In this document: positions 60,026-64,000 of the stretch, piece after piece
How the letters are laid out: every line of letters begins with the position of its first letter
Position numbering within the stretch: the stretch's first letter is position 1
DNA from: Psilocybe cubensis
Lineage: Eukaryota
Reading direction: 5' to 3'
DNA length: 64,000 bases
Assembly: GCA_017499595.2 (NCBI GenBank)
Contig: CM039000.1
Span: 1,302,001-1,366,000, forward strand
Notes under the pieces: generated by a model
The model's input: the letters and a program-made list of their open reading frames with translations, nothing else
What the model was told of the DNA's origin: nothing
Database searches by the model: none
Program-made: the position numbers and the translations under genes

Positions 60026-62190
60026 TCACTAAAGACACCGTTAAGAATCCATCCTTCATCTAAGAATGGAGAGCGACTTACGAAGTCCCACAGAGTTCCG
60101 AAGCATGGGATGCCTGCCTCCTTGCACCCTTGCATAATCTCTGAGTTTCCAATGTAATTTGATGTAATGAAGACGACTGCGGGGTGTTGTTAGTTGATTT
60201 TCCCATAGTCCGCGGGCATTCTGATCCGTACCTTCAGCATCCCAGTAGGCGTATGCTTCCTTCACTAGCTTCATCGAATCTGGACGACCACCTCTTGCTT
60301 TACTATCCCACAGCATGAGGCGCTCGGGTCCGATGTGTTTGTGAATCAGGCCACTGATAGTTGGTCCGAAGGTCTTTTCTTGTTCAGAACCTGAGAGAAA
60401 TGTCAGATACACGCAGATACACGATAACTGCGGAGGCCACGCTTACCGATCCATATCAGATACCTATTCTGGTAGTGAGTATCCAAGGTCTTCGAGCTTC
60501 ACAAGTAGAGACTTACCAGTAAGGAGACTGTAGACATGTGGATAGAGCCGCTCCGATTCCAGTTCCAGTGCAAATACGGATACCGCGTTTATAGAGTGTT
60601 GAAGTGTTCGAAACTCCAGCAAACTGTTGGGATCTGTCAGTTAAAGTTGGATATACAGCTTCCCGGAATTATCGCACCTTGAGTTCACGGGTCCATAGGG
60701 TCTTCGGTGGGTCAACGACAAGGCTCTTGGTGAAGTCACCTTGAACACCAGCGATCATGTAGTGATATTTTGCATGTCTGCTCTCACTATCGCATACCAA
60801 ATAGGTTAGACGATTATGTTCTTTGCATCATTAGGTCAGGGGGTGCTTACGAGATGATTCCGAAAGCGTGGTATTCCATGATCGACGAGCGGCTGATGCG
60901 TCCCAAAAGACCTTGTTGCATGCCACGCTTGAAGCGAATGATGGCCACTTTAGCCGAGGGCTACACAAGTAGGTTATATATGGTAATAAAGTCAGATATG
61001 GAGCACCGCTTACCAGTTCGATATCTACCGGTACTTCTCGCACAAAGCACCAAGGAAGAGCGATGCTAAAAATAGAAACCGTGAGCGTTTGGGAGCTCGG
61101 GATTGAACTTAGCCACATACAAGATAGTCATTCCCATAGTGAACCAGAAATCCTGGTGGCGAATGAGGGCAACTCCATTGAGGTTCCAGGAGCGAGTGAC
61201 GGGGTCGTAGGTATCTCCCAAAATGACGAAAGTCCAGGTGCAGATGAGGCCAAGCCATCCAACGAAGCGATGATGACGCTCGAAAACACTTTAAATTTCC
61301 GGTTAATAAATGACGGGTGGAGAACCGGTAGCCGTGACTCACTTGTGATGAGTATTTCGCACCCAAGGGAAGGCACTGAGGGCACTGATCATAACGGCAA
61401 GATTGGTTACAACACCCATGACAAGGACTGCGTCGTGTGTGACATCAAGCTTGCGGAAATTCATGATCACTTTGTAGAGAAGCCAAAGTACACCTGACAG
61501 CGCGCAGCCACTGTGAATCCCACCGAGATGCTGCAAGGACAACTATGAGAAGGTTGTTGATCAATGATCAACATATACGCACCTGTAGAACCGATGTGCA
61601 ACCCAAACGGAACCAAAGAGGGGGCCACTGGATGGGCGTTTAGCATCATATCAATCTTATCAAGAATGAGAAGACATACTTTGGCGAATAAAGTGTTCAC
61701 GACCAGATAAAGTATACGCCCAAAGACTTCATTACGCATCAAGATAGCGAAGTTGAAATTAGCGACGACAATGGCGCCCGAATACTTGGCGCCATAGGGC
61801 CAGTGACCTGACGCTGCCAATGCCAGACCAATCATGTTGAATCCAAAAGTAAAGGTGAAGAATTTTCTATCGGGGCGAAGGATTAGCTCTGACATCGAAT
61901 AATTGTACACAAACTTACCTGTATGTGTTGAACCAAAGTTTCCATAGAATCCATTTCGAGACTTTTTTCTTCGGTGGTTTGTTTGCTGGCTTGGGCTTCG
62001 TTGCTAGAACGACCTCCTTGGTTGAAGTTAGGACAGCAGAGTCTTTTTCTTTTGAGGAAGGGAAAGTGGCGTTGCGATCCGGGGATGGGGGAGTCTTCAC
62101 GTCTGGAGTGTAAGGCAAGTGAACGGCCTCCAGGGTACCCTTCTCCGGATCCATTGGAGGCTCAGGGAATCCTTTGAGTTGGTCAGACAT
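60026..62190 (-). CDS. TmpA-like integral membrane flavoprotein (ferric-reductase-like TM plus FNR/NAD-binding domain)
   Basis: LWFNTYR/KFF; ILMRNE; LQHLGGIHSGCA; WVRNTHH; HAFGIIS; GVQGDFTKSLV.DPPKTLWTRELK/FAGV; ICTGTGIGAALS; WDSK..GRPD; FGTLWDF then a terminal TGA exon. Confidence 0.88.
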
Positions 62191-63519
62191 TGGAGGGGAA
62201 AAGGGGATGAACGCCGGTAGCTCAAGGAAGTACTACAGTCCTAGAAGGAGGGGCGCAGAATCGGGTGCGTACATGGCTGACCTTTTATATGCACCCACGT
62301 AACCCAATAACAAGAAAAGTTATCGGTAAAGGATGCCTAGGAAATATTTTCCCAAATGGAACTGCACCAGCGACTGAGAGAGTAGTAAACTCGCAGGAAC
62401 TGGGTTGGCTCCCCGGTAACGATTCCGGCGTTCCGGCACATCGGGGCCATGCGAATACATTTTTGCATTTGAACTCATGCCGCAGGGTGTAATAAGATAC
62501 TTGGGAAATGTCTGTTCTGATATGCGATGCTAGATCTCCAAACTCAGCGGAGCGAGATGTCAACTATCTCGGTGGGATATGGGCACCTTGGTTTCATCTT
62601 GATTCATCGAAATGGTCTGTAGACTGCCATAGGCCGCTGCGATCAGATTTTAGTCGGTGAATCTCGAAAAATGGGGAAGTGGATTTGCTGCAGCGCGATA
62701 TATGAGAGATAACTATCTTGACGGCATTTGGCTGTAGATCCCAAACAATGGATATATCATGAGAAGATAATGGCCATCTTGAACGTGGTTCCACTGGAGC
62801 ATGCCATGAATTTGAAGGCTAACGATGAAGAGAAATTCATGAAGGAACCGAATCCAGAGATTCGGAAATATTTTATTTTTAAACTTGAGAAGGAACCATG
62901 GATCCCAATCTGTGACGACGTCGATGATTTGGAACGAACCACAATTAGGTATAGTGTACTCACGGAGATAGCGCCAAAGTAATGCGTCAAGAACCCGATG
63001 GGTAAAAATTGCCCTGGCCGCCGTCTAGGTTGCGTGTCGCAGTGGAATGCGCCAAAATTCTTCCTCACGGTATCGTGATGCCGGGTGGACAGCAAGGTCT
63101 TTAGACTATGCCGCCCTGTTAGCGGTAACTGATAACCTGGGGTAAAGTAATTATCGAACACGTCGGTGGTCGTAAGATGTCGATCTAGTCTTGATGAGAC
63201 GTTTAACGTCGAGTTGCCGATGGGTCCAATTACCAGCCCTAAGAGCACAGCCAGGGGCCGAAGACTATTTTTGGTGACAAGTTCCTTCACTCTATGAGCC
63301 TTCGACTTCGTACACGTTTCCCAGCTTATAGCGGTAACTGACACCTTCCGGATGTTGATGGGCAAATCGGCTGTCGAAGGTTCTCGGAAAGAAGCGTGAA
63401 GATAATATACAGTGTAGCCTAAAACAATCACTTTGCACTGGCATCGTAGATATACAAAATATCGCACATGAAAGATTTCGAGAATAGAATGAAATGAGAA
63501 GATAAAACGCCGGAATGAT

Positions 63520-64000
63520 TTATTCAGCTTCAGTAAATTCGCGCAACTCTTGAAGATGTCGGGAAACCTCTTGCTTGAAGTTGGCAATTTCTTGACTATT
63601 CTTCAAGATAGCTCGAACGGTGTCCTCCTTCAACCGATTAACCTTCTCTATCTGCTCTTGATAACTGTAAGGCTCTATGTCAGTAATTTGAACACGTCCC
63701 AAAAATGGCACATAGATACTGGACCTAAACTGAAGAGCCTGTAATCGTGATTTGACGCCTAGACCGTTCGAAATCGCGGCATTTCTGGCTGCAGCTAGTT
63801 CGCGCTCTAATCGTGCGGCTTCTGCGCTCGCAACCTGGGCTTCTTGTTGTGAGGCCTGGAGTGCATCAACCAGAAAGTCAGACACAAAAGATGGCCCGAG
63901 AGAATAAAACGTACGTCTCGGAGGTCGTCGGCCTGATCATTCAGGTTGCTGGCCTTCTTCTCCAATTCACACAGTTCATAGTCCAAATTTTTGCATTCGG
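63520..64000 (-). CDS. 3' end of a coiled-coil protein, probably kinetochore Ndc80/Hec1 (truncated by window end)
   Basis: Spliced ..LDYELCELEKKASNLNDQADDLR/..LERELAAARN..KSRLQALQF/SYQEQIEKVNRLKEDTVRAILKNSQEIANFKQEVSRHLQELREFTEAE*, which resembles the fungal Ndc80 C-terminus. Confidence 0.6.

Noticed and set aside
62757..63587. 276-aa minus-strand ORF and overlapping 84-aa plus-strand ORF
   Set aside because: Non-ATG start overlapping the Ndc80-like 3' end, no recognisable motifs, and no coherent splice model.
1..64000. tRNA, rRNA or spliceosomal snRNA genes
   Set aside because: No cloverleaf with A/B boxes, rRNA signature or exact U-snRNA conserved motif was found by eye; a tRNAscan-SE/Rfam run would be needed to exclude them.

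Overview
This is intron-rich fungal nuclear DNA, most likely an Agaricomycete/Agaricales basidiomycete (GT-AG introns of about 50-60 nt, CTRAY branch points, micro-exons). The first ~8 kb is an accessory zone: the end of a probable CMC/EnSpm-type element, a Tc1/mariner-type terminal remnant, a TPR protein, an orphan spliced gene and decayed ORFs. The rest is a dense housekeeping block, in order: GH31 alpha-xylosidase, EST1/SMG6-like PIN protein, DOMON-cytochrome b561, NDK, QCR7, transketolase, CMC2, an SDR, a SnoaL-like protein, STRAP, an APH-like kinase, a sirtuin, sulfate permease, a TACO1/YebC protein, two tandem NYN proteins, MRP10, a UBC6/UBE2J-like E2, an F-box-like protein, SF3A1/PRP21, MRPL31, CMS1, an ERI1-like exonuclease, a TmpA-like oxidoreductase and the 3' end of a probable NDC80. 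The most interesting unexplained element is a ~2 kb ORF-poor, helix-rich interval (about 12050-14050) next to the EST1/SMG6-like gene. It contains a terminally redundant telomere-template-like 13-mer, so it is a candidate long structured ncRNA and, speculatively, telomerase RNA. Also notable are an apparently active/degenerate tandem NYN RNase pair and a perfect CYS3/MetR-type site upstream of the sulfate permease. All gene models were spliced and all helices found by eye; no searches or folding were run.
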